64,000 nucleotides of DNA from Candidatus Aminicenantes bacterium. Lineage in GTDB: Bacteria > Acidobacteriota > Aminicenantia > Aminicenantales > JAFGBC01. The stretch covers positions 1,664,001 to 1,728,000 of the forward strand of contig OY969696.1 in assembly GCA_963702005.1 (NCBI GenBank), written 5' to 3'. A program made the position numbers and the translations under genes. Positions within the stretch are counted from its first letter, which is position 1; every line of letters begins with the position of its first letter. Shown piece by piece: positions 9,477-20,069 of this stretch. The notes beneath the pieces were generated by a model. That model was not told where the DNA came from, ran no database searches, and was given only the letters and a program-made list of their open reading frames with translations.

Positions 9477-11195
9477 TCAGTCGCTGAGTAGCTTGAGAAC
9501 GGTTTTTCTCTTTTCTCGAAAGGCGGGGACGTTGATATCGTATTCGGTGAAGCTGTAGACGACCTGCCGCGCCAGCTCTTTCGCCTCCTCGGGGAGCTTT
9601 TCCGCCAGCCGGCAGAGGAGCTCGTGGTCGACGATCCCGTCCCGCATCGTCTCGAGCCGGATCGAGGGGAGGACCCGGCCCTGGGCCGGATAGACGATCC
9701 AGGAGTCGCCGGCCGGTAGGACCAGCCCGGATTCGGTCTGGATCCGGGTCGTCTCGTAGAAGGGGTCGTCCGTCCACCAGTTGAATCCCCAATGAAGGTA
9801 GCCGGGTGAGCCGTAGCGGAAATTGATCCAGTGGAGGAGGCGGGCCTTGATCAGGGGCTGCTCGATGAAGCGGTTCGCGTATTCCCCCTGGGGAAATACG
9901 CACGTGTAGAACCAGACTTCACCGCCCTTGGCCGCGGTCTCGGCATAGAAGGCGTTGTCGGTGTCGAAGAAGTTGAGCTGGGGCACCCAGATGTCGAGCA
10001 GGTCGGCCAGGTTCCGGGTGTGGCAGGCTTCGATGATTTTCAAGCCGGGGGCGTATTGCTTGACGAAGCGGGCGATCTCGACATAGGAAGCGAAATTCTC
10101 CTCGATCGGCTCGTCGGCCAGATGCTGCATGTAGATGCCCGTCCAGCCTTTCTCGTTGAGGTGGGCGACCAGGGCCGGCAGGAACTGAGAATAAAAACGG
10201 ACGGCCCGTTCGTCCGAGATCGGATATCTCCGAAATTCGACCGCGCCGGCGCCCACGACCTCGGGGACCGAGACGACAAACGGCGTGAGCCAGGTGCCCT
10301 CCCTTCCTCCGATATGGCCGCCCTCGATCCGGCCGATGACGCCCTCCTCGATGAAGATCCCGACCATCCGGTCGAACCGGGCGAAATCGAAGCCGTAGCG
10401 GCCGTTTTCCAGGGTATAAGTCGCGAGCTCGAGCGGGGAAATGAGCGCGACGTTTTGGCGGTACTCGGCCATGGCCCGGGCCAGCGCCCGGATGAGCTCC
10501 CAGTAGCGTTCCGAGTAAGGCTCGACCGGCCGGCCCCCGTTCATCAGCTTCAGCTTTTCAGGGTCCGTGGCGAACCAGTTGGTGACCCACAGCCGGGTCC
10601 GGTCGATGACGGGCGGGTAGACGCGGACCGCGCACTCCCGGGCCGTTCGGAACCTCCGGCCTTCCAGGGTGCCGGTCAGGGCGATCGTTCCTTTATAGAG
10701 ACCGGGCGCCGCGTCCTTGGGCACCGGCACGCTGACCCAGATCGGCTGAGTGGTCAGGGGCGGAAGCTCGGCCGGGGGCGCGGGCAGGATCGGGTCGGGA
10801 TAGAATCCGGACGGCGAGCAAAGCCTGTCCCGGCCCGACTCGGCGATCGTCCGGCCCATCCTGATATAGCCGACATAGCCGATCCAGGCCGTGCCGAGCC
10901 GGCCCTGTTCCGACTTGAATTCGGTCGCCTCGGCCCGAAGGTCCCTGAGGGCTCCGGACGAGCGGAGCGCGAATTGGAAGCTGGCGTGTTCGCCGCGGGC
11001 GACGTCGGCCTCGGCCGCGGAGCGCGGGAAAAAAGCGGTCTCACGGAAGATCTTTTCGAGGGGATCGACCGCATCGAAGACGAGACGGCCCGGCAGGTTT
11101 TCGCTCCGGACCCGCAGCTGGGAACATCCCGAAAGCAATATGAAGGCGGCAGCGAGCAAACCGGCCGGGATTGATAACGAACGATGAGCTTTCAT
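9477..11195 (-). CDS. DUF4091 / GH123-like glycoside hydrolase lipoprotein
   Basis: lipobox LSGC; HLADEP, VWFYTC, GYLHWGFNWW, SIRLETMRDGIVDHE. Confidence 0.8.
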   Translation of the reverse strand: MKAHRSLSIPAGLLAAAFILLSGCSQLRVRSENLPGRLVFDAVDPLEKIFRETAFFPRSAAEADVARGEHASFQFALRSSGALRDLRAEATEFKSEQGRLGTAWIGYVGYIRMGRTIAESGRDRLCSPSGFYPDPILPAPPAELPPLTTQPIWVSVPVPKDAAPGLYKGTIALTGTLEGRRFRTARECAVRVYPPVIDRTRLWVTNWFATDPEKLKLMNGGRPVEPYSERYWELIRALARAMAEYRQNVALISPLELATYTLENGRYGFDFARFDRMVGIFIEEGVIGRIEGGHIGGREGTWLTPFVVSVPEVVGAGAVEFRRYPISDERAVRFYSQFLPALVAHLNEKGWTGIYMQHLADEPIEENFASYVEIARFVKQYAPGLKIIEACHTRNLADLLDIWVPQLNFFDTDNAFYAETAAKGGEVWFYTCVFPQGEYANRFIEQPLIKARLLHWINFRYGSPGYLHWGFNWWTDDPFYETTRIQTESGLVLPAGDSWIVYPAQGRVLPSIRLETMRDGIVDHELLCRLAEKLPEEAKELARQVVYSFTEYDINVPAFREKRKTVLKLLSD

Positions 11196-11203
11196 GCGAA
11201 TCC

Positions 11204-12850
11204 TCACCCGCCCAGGATGGAAAGATCGGCGACGGGCAGGAACTTGGGCGGCCGGCGGGCTTTGACGGCCTGCTCGAAGGCGTAGGCGATTGCGATCAGG
11301 GTCGGCTCGCTCCAAGCCTTGCCGAAAAAGGACAGGCCGACCGGAAGCCCGAAGACGAACCCGGCCGGGACCGTGATGTGGGGATAACCCGCGACGGCGG
11401 GGGGCGTCGAACAGCCGCCCCCTACGAAGTGATCGCCGTTGACGAGGTCGGTCGTCCAGGCCGGGCCTCCGGTCGGGGCCACCAGCGCGTCGAGCCGATG
11501 CTTGTCCATGAGGGCGTCGATCCCTTCCTTCCGGGTGAGGCGATGGTTCTTGGCCAGGGCGTCCAGGTAGGCTTTGTCCGTCAAGGGGCCCTTGGCCTCG
11601 GCCTGGAGGAAGAGCTCCTGACCGAAGTAGGGCATTTCCTTGTCGCGGAGCCTCTCGTTGAATGCGATGATCTCCTTGAGGCTATGGACCGGCGCGGACG
11701 GATCGAGCCGGGCCAGGTAGGCGTTGAGGTCGGCCTTGAATTCGTAAAGGAGCACCTCGAACTCCGAATCGTCCACTCGCTTTTTCTTGTCGAAATCGGC
11801 CGGGTCGATGAGGACGGCGCCGAGCTTCTTGAGGTCTTCGAGCCGAGCTTCCATGATTTTATCAACCATGTCATGGAACTTGAAGAAGCCGCGGACGACG
11901 CCGATCCGGGCCCCCTTGAGGCCGTTCGGGTCCAGGGCCTTCGTGAAGTCCGGGGAAAGGGGGGCGCGGGCGTCCCGGGTCGCGGGGTCGTTGGGGTCGG
12001 GGCCCGCCAACGCCAACAACAGGGCCGCCGCGTCGGCCACCGTCCGGGCCATCGGGCCGGCCGTGTCCTGGCTGTGGGCGATCGGGACGACGCCGGACCG
12101 GCTGACGAGTCCGAGCGTGGGCTTGATCCCGACGATCCCGTTGGTCGCCGAGGGGCAGACGATCGAGCCGTCCGTCTCGGTCCCGACCGCGGCCGCGCAG
12201 AGGCTGGCCGCGGCGGCGGCGCCCGAGCCGGAGCTCGAGCCGCAGGGATTCCGGTCCAGGGCGTAAGGGTTTTTGGTCTGGCCGCCCCGCCCGCTCCAAC
12301 CGCTCGTCGATCGGGAGGACCGGAAGTTGGCCCACTCGCTCAAGTTCGTCTTCCCCAGGAGGACGGCCCCGGCCTCGCGAAGTCTCCGGACCAGGAAGGC
12401 GTCCTCGGGCGGCACCGACCCTACCAGGGCGAGCGAACCGGCCGTCGTCTGCATCAGGTCGCGGGTGGCGATGTTGTCCTTGATCAGGACCGGGATGCCG
12501 TGAAGAGGGCCGCGCGGACCCTTGGCCTTCCGTTCGGCGTCCAGGGCGTCTGCGATCGTCCGCGCTTCGGGATTGACCTCGATGACCGAGTTGAGGCCGG
12601 GTCCCTTCTTGTCGACCTCCTCGATCCGGGCGAGGTACAGGTCGGTCAGGGCGCGGGCCGTATACCGTCCCGAGCCCAGACCGGCTTGGAGGTCGGCGAT
12701 GGTCGCCTCCTCGAGTTCGAATGGTCGGGCCGGGGCAGACCCGGGCGGGGGAGGGGCCGAAGGGGATTCCCCGGACCGGCAGGCCGTGTTTCCGGCGGCG
12801 GCCAAGGCGCTCCCCGCCAAACCGTAATGCAGGAATTGTCTTCGTTTCAT
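11204..12850 (-). CDS. amidase (amidase-signature family), Tat lipoprotein
   Basis: KRRQFL Tat motif; GPLHGIPVLIKDN, CGSSSGSG, GTETDGSIVCPS. Confidence 0.92.
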   Translation of the reverse strand: MKRRQFLHYGLAGSALAAAGNTACRSGESPSAPPPPGSAPARPFELEEATIADLQAGLGSGRYTARALTDLYLARIEEVDKKGPGLNSVIEVNPEARTIADALDAERKAKGPRGPLHGIPVLIKDNIATRDLMQTTAGSLALVGSVPPEDAFLVRRLREAGAVLLGKTNLSEWANFRSSRSTSGWSGRGGQTKNPYALDRNPCGSSSGSGAAAAASLCAAAVGTETDGSIVCPSATNGIVGIKPTLGLVSRSGVVPIAHSQDTAGPMARTVADAAALLLALAGPDPNDPATRDARAPLSPDFTKALDPNGLKGARIGVVRGFFKFHDMVDKIMEARLEDLKKLGAVLIDPADFDKKKRVDDSEFEVLLYEFKADLNAYLARLDPSAPVHSLKEIIAFNERLRDKEMPYFGQELFLQAEAKGPLTDKAYLDALAKNHRLTRKEGIDALMDKHRLDALVAPTGGPAWTTDLVNGDHFVGGGCSTPPAVAGYPHITVPAGFVFGLPVGLSFFGKAWSEPTLIAIAYAFEQAVKARRPPKFLPVADLSILGG

Positions 12851-12930
12851 GATACCTCCTCGCTTCGGGATGAACGTATCACGCCCCCCAATTCCGGTCA
12901 AGCCGACGGCTCGGGGCGATGGATTGAGTT

Positions 12931-12958
12931 AAAAAACGAAGGACGGTTCCCGCCGTCC
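12931..12958 (-). terminator. intrinsic terminator
   Basis: GGACGG-N6-CCGTCC followed by UUCGUUUUUU just after the stop at 12962. Confidence 0.6.
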
Positions 12959-12961
12959 GCT

Positions 12962-13465
12962 TCAGCTGTTGCCCATTTTGGCGCCGACGCTGTTGAAGAT
13001 GATCTTCAATTCCTGGGTCTTGCTCGTGTTATAGACGGCGATGGAGACGTTGAGGCCCCGGTAGATCAGGTAGCTCTTGCCGAGGTTGAGCGTCACGGTC
13101 TTGTTGGCGCCGTACCATTTCCCCTTGACGTCCTTGACGAAAGCGCCGCCGTCCCAGAGAGCGACGTCATCAAAGTAGGCATTCGCGTTGGGAGTGTTGA
13201 AGACGATCTGGATCTGGCTGACCGAGTAACCGTCCAAGGCCTTGTTGGGGATCGGGAAGTGGATCCAGGCCGACTTCCCGCGCTTGAGCTGAAATTCGAG
13301 GCCCCAACCCAGGTGGGCGTATTAGACGCAATTGGCGACGGCGTCCTCCTGGAGGACGGCCGCGGTTCCATGGGCGAAGAACCACTCGGCCCGGGCCGGC
13401 GCCGCCGTCAGGACCAGGACCGTGGAGACCGTTAGGATGGAGAATACGCGGAGCGGGACTCTCAT
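12962..13465 (-). pseudogene. secreted small beta-rich protein, paralogue of 13695..14189, interrupted by an in-frame TAA
   Basis: ATG 13465 with signal peptide; TAA at 13324-13322; the same frame continues and aligns with the neighbour (PIPN, WDG, GKW.G, LNLG, IYRGLN). Confidence 0.8.
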
Positions 13466-13694
13466 GGGAATGGCTCCTTGTTTCTAACTTGAAGCCAAGC
13501 TAGCACGGCAGGCGGGCCGTGTCAATGTAGACCCCTCCCCATGAAGAGGTCTTTTCGATTTGCGGTCGGGCCCGGCTCAGGCCGGACGCCGAGGGATTAA
13601 TTTGCCCGCCGAGCCGGGCGGGCGGCCGCCTACCGGCTTCCTTCACTCGCGGCGGCGGCGAGCCCGCTCGAAAAAGTGTTCAGAACGATTTCAC

Positions 13695-14189
13695 CTATTT
13701 GTCGGTCATATTGGCGCCGACACAGTCGATGCCAAAGAATAAATCTGACCCGCCGGTCACGACCGTCGTCATGGTGATGTTAAGACCTCGATAGATCTTC
13801 CATTTTGCTCCCAGGTTGAGCTTGATGAGCTTGGCATGTCCGGACCACTTGCCGGTGATCGTTTTAAATTTAGTGGCGCCGTCCCAGACATCAACCTGAG
13901 TGATCTTGGCGTTGGCGCCGCCGGTCGAACAGTAGATCCAGATCTCAGAAACCGTCCAGTTGTTGTTGGCGGGGTTGGGGATAGGGACTTGAAGATAGCT
14001 GGTCGTGCCTTTTTTCTGCGTGAAGACGAGTCCGTTTCCGAAATATCCGGAGCTGACAATGTTGGTCATCTCCTGAATATGGCCGCCGGCCCCATGCATG
14101 TAAAACCAATCAGCTTGGGCGGGCGCGGCCGCCAAAGCTAAAATCCCGAGAAAAGCGAAAGCCAGAAAACCCTTCGACAAACGATTCAT
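13695..14189 (-). CDS. secreted small beta-rich protein (DUF6623-like, tentative)
   Basis: 164 aa, AQA signal-peptide cleavage site, GGAGG SD. Confidence 0.75.
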   Translation of the reverse strand: MNRLSKGFLAFAFLGILALAAAPAQADWFYMHGAGGHIQEMTNIVSSGYFGNGLVFTQKKGTTSYLQVPIPNPANNNWTVSEIWIYCSTGGANAKITQVDVWDGATKFKTITGKWSGHAKLIKLNLGAKWKIYRGLNITMTTVVTGGSDLFFGIDCVGANMTDK

Positions 14190-14311
14190 TGTATATCCCT
14201 CCCGGATATTGAAGTTGACCTCAGGTTAGCACGGAACCGGTCTGAAGTCAACCGGGAATGAAATCCGAGGGGAGGAGCGCGTTTGCGGCCCGCCGGCTCG
14301 GGCCCGGGGGA

Positions 14312-15175
14312 TCAGCGGCTCTTGATATCGCGGCCGACGGCCCGGAGGCGGTCTCCGGCGAAGGTCAGTTTGATGAAGGAGCCGTCCAGCCAGAAATAGA
14401 GGAAATGCCGCCCCCCGCCGTCTCCCGCGAGGATCAGGTTGGGCGTTCCCATGACCTTGACGGTCTCGGCGACCGGAAGCCCGGCCGCGCCCGTCCGCAG
14501 TCCGTTGATTCGCGCTTCGAGGCCGGACGGGGAGGAGGCCGCGACCGCGCCGCGTAGCTCGGACCACTTCGGCCGGGGGACCTCCGCGATCAGGGCGTCG
14601 GGGGCGAGGACGTAGGCGAGGCTGGCCACCCGCTCCGACTGTTCGGCGCCGGCCGGGGCGGTTTCCCAGGCGACTTTGAGCAGGACGCATTCGGCCGGCC
14701 TGAAGATTTCGCAGGCGGGCGGGCGGCAATTCAGCGGGGCGGACAGGACGGGATCGGCCAGGGGGTGGCCGTAGAGAGAAACGAGCTCCGCTCGAAATTC
14801 ATTTTTGGCCCGAGGCTCGGCCGGGGTCAGGATTATTGCCGTCAGGAACTCATAGGGCCGATCGTCCCCCGAAGCGCGGGCGGCTTCGGGCTGGATGTTC
14901 TTGGAAACCGGGACGCTCTTGAACAGGAGCTGGACATTGGTGAAGGCGCCCCGGTTTGCGTATTCGAGGCTTCGTGCCCCCTCAAGGCCGGGCGGACCCC
15001 AGGCATCCACGACGGCCTCTTTGGCCATGCCCAGGGTGAGGCCTTCGAACTCGAACCCGAGAGGGTGGGGAGGGGGGCCCGCGTCCAAGGAAGGAGACGA
15101 CCCGCTGTCTCCGGATGAGCAGGACGCCATCGCGACGGCGATGACGCCCGCCAAAGCCAGAGCGCGAGCCTTCAT
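14312..15175 (-). CDS. hypothetical lipoprotein
   Basis: MKARALALAGVIAVAMASC lipobox; GGAGG SD. Confidence 0.65.
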   Translation of the reverse strand: MKARALALAGVIAVAMASCSSGDSGSSPSLDAGPPPHPLGFEFEGLTLGMAKEAVVDAWGPPGLEGARSLEYANRGAFTNVQLLFKSVPVSKNIQPEAARASGDDRPYEFLTAIILTPAEPRAKNEFRAELVSLYGHPLADPVLSAPLNCRPPACEIFRPAECVLLKVAWETAPAGAEQSERVASLAYVLAPDALIAEVPRPKWSELRGAVAASSPSGLEARINGLRTGAAGLPVAETVKVMGTPNLILAGDGGGRHFLYFWLDGSFIKLTFAGDRLRAVGRDIKSR

Positions 15176-15369
15176 ACTCCCTCCTTCTCTCATCGCGAAC
15201 GAACCGGGGCGTCGAGACGGACCGCCGAAACTTCAACGAGTGGCTCTTATATCTTGGCGGCGCCCTGTCCGACCCCTCTCGGTTACTTTTACTTTATACC
15301 AGACCGAATCGATGATGTCAACCGGCCCCCGCTTCAGGCGCGGCCGTCCTTAGTAATTACCAACTCATC

Positions 15370-15397
15370 TTGACGCGGGGTTCGTTCCTGATAGAAT
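15370..15397 (+). promoter_or_regulatory. candidate promoter of the membrane protein-dmsABC unit
   Basis: TTGACG-N16-TAGAAT with an extended -10 TG. Confidence 0.5.
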
Positions 15398-15409
15398 GAA
15401 TTATCGAGC

Positions 15410-16072
15410 ATGGCTAAAACCCGATCTCGAGCGATTTTGGTCGTTCTGTTCTGGGGCGGGCTATGGGGGCTTGCTGAAGCCATGCTGGGGCACGCCCTTC
15501 ATCTCCTCCGTATCCCCGGCCTGGCCGGCTGGATTATGTTTCCGGTCGGTTTCTGGACGATTAGGCGCGCTTACCGGCAATCTGGCCGGGCCGTCGTTTT
15601 AGCCGGGGTTCCGGCCGCGGCGGCGGCCGTCAAACTGGCGGATTTCTTGCTCCCCATATCGGATCCCTTCATCGTCATCAATCCGGCCGCGGCCATCCTG
15701 TTGGAAGGATGCGCCGTCGCCGTACTGTTCCTCCGGCTCAAGGGGCGGACGCCTTCGTTGGCCTCACTCCTCGCGGCCGCGGCGGCGTGGCGGGCCGCCT
15801 ATTTCGGCTGGGGCATAGCCGCCTCGGCTTTTCTCCAAGCTTCGAATCGATTCGGCCTGGCCGGCTTCGACCCCTGGAGCTATTTCGCCGCCGATTCGTT
15901 GATTAACGCGGCGCTTATTCGAGCTCCTTTCGAAGTCGCGAAGCGCGGGGCGTCGGGCAAGCTCCGCCCCCGGTCGCTCGGATGGCTGGATCTGATGGCG
16001 GCGAACCCGGCGCTGGCCGTTTCGGCCGTCCTCTTGGCCGCCGCGGCCGAGATCCTGCTGAGGCGAGGTTGA
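15410..16072 (+). CDS. integral membrane protein, ECF S-component-like
   Basis: 220 aa, about 6 hydrophobic segments, N-terminal FWGGLWGLAEAMLGH. Confidence 0.6.
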   Translation: MAKTRSRAILVVLFWGGLWGLAEAMLGHALHLLRIPGLAGWIMFPVGFWTIRRAYRQSGRAVVLAGVPAAAAAVKLADFLLPISDPFIVINPAAAILLEGCAVAVLFLRLKGRTPSLASLLAAAAAWRAAYFGWGIAASAFLQASNRFGLAGFDPWSYFAADSLINAALIRAPFEVAKRGASGKLRPRSLGWLDLMAANPALAVSAVLLAAAAEILLRRG

Positions 16073-16085
16073 CGGTCCAACGTCC

Positions 16086-18527
16086 ATGACCGTAGATAAA
16101 AGGATCAAGAAAAAGATCGAGACATCCTCGATGTCCAGGCGGAGCTTCCTCCATTGGAGTTCGCTCGTCGGAGGCTCCGCCTTCGCCGGGCGCAAGCTGG
16201 CGGGAAGGGTTAAGAGCGTCCTTGCCGGCGCCCGGACTTCCTTCCGAAAGCATCAAGCCGCCGCCGACGCCGCCGGGTCGGTCCGGATCGTCAGGACCGG
16301 ATGTCCGTCCCACAACTGCGGCGGACGCTGCCTGCTCAAGGTCACCGTGAGCGACGGCCGCATCGTCCGAATCGAGGGCGACGACCGGCCCCTTGACTCC
16401 GTCGAGGATCCTCAGCTCAGGCCCTGCGTTCGGGGACGGTCCTATTTGCGCCGGCAGTACCATCCCGATCGGCTCAAATACCCGATGAAGAGGGTCGGGA
16501 AGAGGGGCGAGGGCCGGTTCGTCCGCATCTCCTGGGATGAGGCCGTCGGCATCTTGGCCGCCGGATTGACCAGGATCAAGAACGCCCACGGAAACGCGGC
16601 GATCTATATTCCCTACGGCACCGGGAGCTACAACCAACTCAACGGCCGGCAGACAGCCCAGCGCCTTCTCAACCTGTTCGGCGGCTCGCTCGGCTTCTAC
16701 AATTCCTACTCCTGGGCCGCCATCTCGAACGCGACGCCGACCGTCTACGGGACCGCGGTCACCGGGAACCAGCGCCAGGATTGGCTCAACGCACGCTGCA
16801 TCCTGATGTGGAGCTGGAACCCGGCCGAGATGAGGGACGGGACGAACTCCGAGTACTTCGTGCGCATGGCCCGCGAGAAGGGCGCCCGGGTCGTCTGCGT
16901 CGACCCGCGAATGACGCTGAGCGCCGTCGCCCTGGCCGACGAATGGATACCGATCCGGCCGGGGACGGACGCGGCTATGATGACGGCCATGGCCCATGTC
17001 ATGATCAGCGAGAACCTTTATGACGCCGCCTTTGTCCGAAGCCACTGCATAGGTTTCGATGAGAGCCAGATGCCGGACGGCTGCGAGGGCGCCGAATCAT
17101 ATAAAGATTACATCCTGGGGACGAGGGATGGGACGCCCAAGACGCCCGCCTGGGCCGAGAGGATCACGGGCGTCCCGGCCGAGACCATCGCCCGGATCGC
17201 CCGCGAATATGCGACGATTAAACCCGGCGTCCTTTACCAAGGGTATGGGATGCAGCGGCGCGCCTACGGCGAGCAGGTCGTCCGGGCCGGCTGCGTCCTG
17301 GCCGCCCTGACCGGGAACGTCGGCGTCCCGGGCGGCTGGGCGAGCGGGATCGCGCTTCAGGCGCCGGACGGAGGCCCCTTCTGGCTCGTCTTCCCGACCG
17401 GGAAGAATCCGGTCAAGGCCGCCATCCCTTCGTTCTTATGGACCGAGGCCGTGCTCCGCGGCAAGGAGATGGGGCCGGCCGACGGGGTCGTCGGCGTCGA
17501 GAAGCTCGGGACGAATATCAAGCTCATCTGGGCGGTTGCTTCGAACGCCCTCATCAACCAGCATGGCAACATCAACCGGACGGCCCGCATCCTGGCCGAC
17601 GAAAGCCTCGTCGAGCTTCTGGTCGTTCAGGACAATTTCCTGACGCCGACAGGCCGCTTCGCCGACCTCCTCCTCCCGGCCTGCACGCAGTTCGAGACCT
17701 GGGGGCTCGAGGACGGCTGGAAATACGGGGACGAGGTCCTTCTGATGCCCAAGATCGTCGAGCCGCCCCACGAGACGTTGAGCGATTACGCCATCTGCGC
17801 CAAGGTCGCCGAACGGCTCGGCCTGGGCGAGGCCTACACCGAAGGCCGCTCCGAGCGGGATTGGGTCTCCTGGGCGATCGAGGAATACCGGAAGACGCGT
17901 TTCCCGAACATCCCGGCTCTGGACGAGTTTGAAGCCTCGAACGCCGGCGTCTACAGCCTTCCGGTCACGACGCCGGCCGTGGCCTTCGCCGATTTCCGGC
18001 GCGATCCGGTCCGCCACCCGCTCCCGACGCCCTCGGGCCGGATCGAGATTTTCTCCAAGTGCCTCCATGACCTCGGCCGCCCCGACGAGATCCCGGCGGT
18101 TCCCAAATACGTCCAGGAATGGGAGAGTCCGTTCGGGCCGGAGGCGGCCCGATTCCCGCTCTCGGTCATCGGACATCATTACCTGGCCCGGGTCCATTCG
18201 ACGATGGACAACGTCGATTGGCTTATGGAGGCGTTCCCCCAGCGCGTGTTCATCAACCCGGCCGACGCCGAAGCGCGCGGCCTCCGGGACGGGGACGAGG
18301 TCCGGGTCTTCAACGAGCGGGGGGCGACCGTCCTTCCCTGCCGCGTCAGCAAGCGGATCATGCCCGGCGTCATCGCCATTCCCCAGGGCGCCTGGTGGCG
18401 GCCCGACGCCGGCGGCATCGACCGGGGCGGTTCGGTCAACGTCCTGAGTTCGGAGCGCTGGACGCCGCTCGCCTTCGGGAACGCCCAGCATACGATCATG
18501 GCCCAGGTGGAGAAGGCCCGGCCATGA
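16086..18527 (+). CDS. dmsA: DMSO/selenate reductase family molybdopterin subunit A
   Basis: Tat motif SRRSFL; FS0 motif CPSHNCGGRC; HPDRLKYPMKRVGKRGEG; YNSYS ligand region; IRPGTDAA; RVHST. Confidence 0.88.
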   Translation: MTVDKRIKKKIETSSMSRRSFLHWSSLVGGSAFAGRKLAGRVKSVLAGARTSFRKHQAAADAAGSVRIVRTGCPSHNCGGRCLLKVTVSDGRIVRIEGDDRPLDSVEDPQLRPCVRGRSYLRRQYHPDRLKYPMKRVGKRGEGRFVRISWDEAVGILAAGLTRIKNAHGNAAIYIPYGTGSYNQLNGRQTAQRLLNLFGGSLGFYNSYSWAAISNATPTVYGTAVTGNQRQDWLNARCILMWSWNPAEMRDGTNSEYFVRMAREKGARVVCVDPRMTLSAVALADEWIPIRPGTDAAMMTAMAHVMISENLYDAAFVRSHCIGFDESQMPDGCEGAESYKDYILGTRDGTPKTPAWAERITGVPAETIARIAREYATIKPGVLYQGYGMQRRAYGEQVVRAGCVLAALTGNVGVPGGWASGIALQAPDGGPFWLVFPTGKNPVKAAIPSFLWTEAVLRGKEMGPADGVVGVEKLGTNIKLIWAVASNALINQHGNINRTARILADESLVELLVVQDNFLTPTGRFADLLLPACTQFETWGLEDGWKYGDEVLLMPKIVEPPHETLSDYAICAKVAERLGLGEAYTEGRSERDWVSWAIEEYRKTRFPNIPALDEFEASNAGVYSLPVTTPAVAFADFRRDPVRHPLPTPSGRIEIFSKCLHDLGRPDEIPAVPKYVQEWESPFGPEAARFPLSVIGHHYLARVHSTMDNVDWLMEAFPQRVFINPADAEARGLRDGDEVRVFNERGATVLPCRVSKRIMPGVIAIPQGAWWRPDAGGIDRGGSVNVLSSERWTPLAFGNAQHTIMAQVEKARP

Positions 18528-19138
18528 GCCGCCTGGGATTTTTCTTGGACGCAAGCGCTTGCTCGGGCTGCAAAGCCTGCCAGGCCGCCTGCAAGGACAA
18601 GAACGGCCTTCCGGTCGGGGTCCTCTGGCGCAGGGTCTATGAGGTCCAGGGCGGGGCCTGGCGGAAGGAGGGCGAGCTCTGGCGGCCGGCCGTTTTTGCC
18701 TACAACGTCTCAATCGCCTGCAATCACTGCGAGGAGCCCGTCTGCCGCACGGTCTGCCCGACGGCCGCCGTCGTCCAGCGCGAGGACGGGATCGTGACGA
18801 TCGACCGGGCGCGCTGCATGGGCTGTCGCTACTGCGAATGGGCCTGCCCCTACGGCGCCCTTCAGTTCGACGAGCCCCAAGGCCAGATGACGAAATGCGA
18901 CTTCTGTCTGGATGATCTCGAAGCGGGGCGGCCCCCCGCCTGCGTAGCGAGCTGCCCGATGCGGGCGCTCGACTTCGGCGAGGTCGATGAGCTCCGCGCC
19001 AAGCACGGGACCACGGCCGCGATTTTCCCCCTTCCCAAACCCGACATCACGAAGCCGGCCCTCGTCATCAAGCCCCACCGGGATGCGGCGCGGGCCGAGT
19101 CCGAGGGCGCCGAGGTCGCCAACTGGGAGGAGATCTGA
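18524..19138 (+). CDS. dmsB: Fe-S subunit B
   Basis: ATGA overlap with dmsA; CSGCKACQAAC, CNHCEEPVC, CMGCRYCEWACPY, KCDFC...CVASCP. Confidence 0.92.
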   Translation: MSRLGFFLDASACSGCKACQAACKDKNGLPVGVLWRRVYEVQGGAWRKEGELWRPAVFAYNVSIACNHCEEPVCRTVCPTAAVVQREDGIVTIDRARCMGCRYCEWACPYGALQFDEPQGQMTKCDFCLDDLEAGRPPACVASCPMRALDFGEVDELRAKHGTTAAIFPLPKPDITKPALVIKPHRDAARAESEGAEVANWEEI

Positions 19139-20029
19139 GTGGCGCGGCGGGAGTGGCCCCTCGTCGCCTTCACGCTTCTGGGACAGACCGCCGTCGGCGC
19201 GTTTTGGCTGACGGCTGTTCCGCTGTCCCTCTCGCCGCGGCGCGCTCTCGAGGCGGGCGATCTGTCGGCCGGATTCTTGGTCTATGGCGGGATCGCGGCT
19301 CTTCTGGGAATCGCGGCCGCCATTTCCTTCTTTCATCTGGGTCGGCCCTGGCGGGCCATCCACGCCTTGCGCAATATCGGGGATTCCTGGCTAAGCCGCG
19401 AAATCTTCGGCGAGCTCGTCTTTCTGTTCCTGACCGCGAACCTCGCCTTCCTGGAATGGATCATGCCGGGCTGCACGGGCCGGGCCGCCATCCTCCAGGC
19501 CGCCGTCCTCTTCACCGGCGCGAGCGGTCTGCTGTTCCTCTACGGGATGGCCCGTCTCTATATGCTCAAAACGATTCCGGCCTGGCGCGATCCGTATACC
19601 CCGGCTTCGTTCTTGGCTACGGCGCTCCTGCTCGGGGCCTTGGCCTCGGCGGCGTTCCTGAGCTCGGCTGGGATGGGCCGGGAGGGGCAAGGATTCCCCT
19701 CGATCCGCTCTCTGACCCTGATCGCGTTCGCGGGCACGGTCGTGGGGCTCGTCGTATCCGTTTTATTGACCCCTCAGGTCGGGATCTTCGGGACGAGGGT
19801 CGCGACGCTCTTGGCGCCCTCGGCGCGGAAGGTCATCCCCTTCCTTGTGGCTCGGGGATTCCTTCTGGCCGGGGCAGGAGCGGCCGTCTTGATGTACGGG
19901 GCTCGCCTGAAGGCCGTTCCCGCGGCGACGGGCAATCCTTTCCTCGGGTTGGCCCTCGCTGGGGGAGCGGCCGCCGAACTCGCGGGCCGCTGGCTGTTCT
20001 ATACCCTCTACAGCCGCTTGGGCGTCTGA
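19139..20029 (+). CDS. dmsC: membrane anchor subunit C
   Basis: EWPLVAFTLLGQ, SFFHLGRPWRA, SWLSREI, ELAGRWLFY. Confidence 0.9.
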   Translation: MARREWPLVAFTLLGQTAVGAFWLTAVPLSLSPRRALEAGDLSAGFLVYGGIAALLGIAAAISFFHLGRPWRAIHALRNIGDSWLSREIFGELVFLFLTANLAFLEWIMPGCTGRAAILQAAVLFTGASGLLFLYGMARLYMLKTIPAWRDPYTPASFLATALLLGALASAAFLSSAGMGREGQGFPSIRSLTLIAFAGTVVGLVVSVLLTPQVGIFGTRVATLLAPSARKVIPFLVARGFLLAGAGAAVLMYGARLKAVPAATGNPFLGLALAGGAAAELAGRWLFYTLYSRLGV

Positions 20030-20069
20030 ACGCCGGAGGATGAATGCCGCGCGGCGCCGGTCCGGTTTT

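Noticed and set aside
11171-13435. 754-aa plus-strand ORF and similar long antisense ORFs (49532..51691, 41996..43456, 57595..59025, 9831..11174)
   Set aside because: Shadow frames opposite clear genes; expected from high-GC codon bias, with no recognisable motifs.
16086-18527. Selenocysteine in the molybdoenzyme
   Set aside because: No in-frame TGA; the ligand region has Ser.
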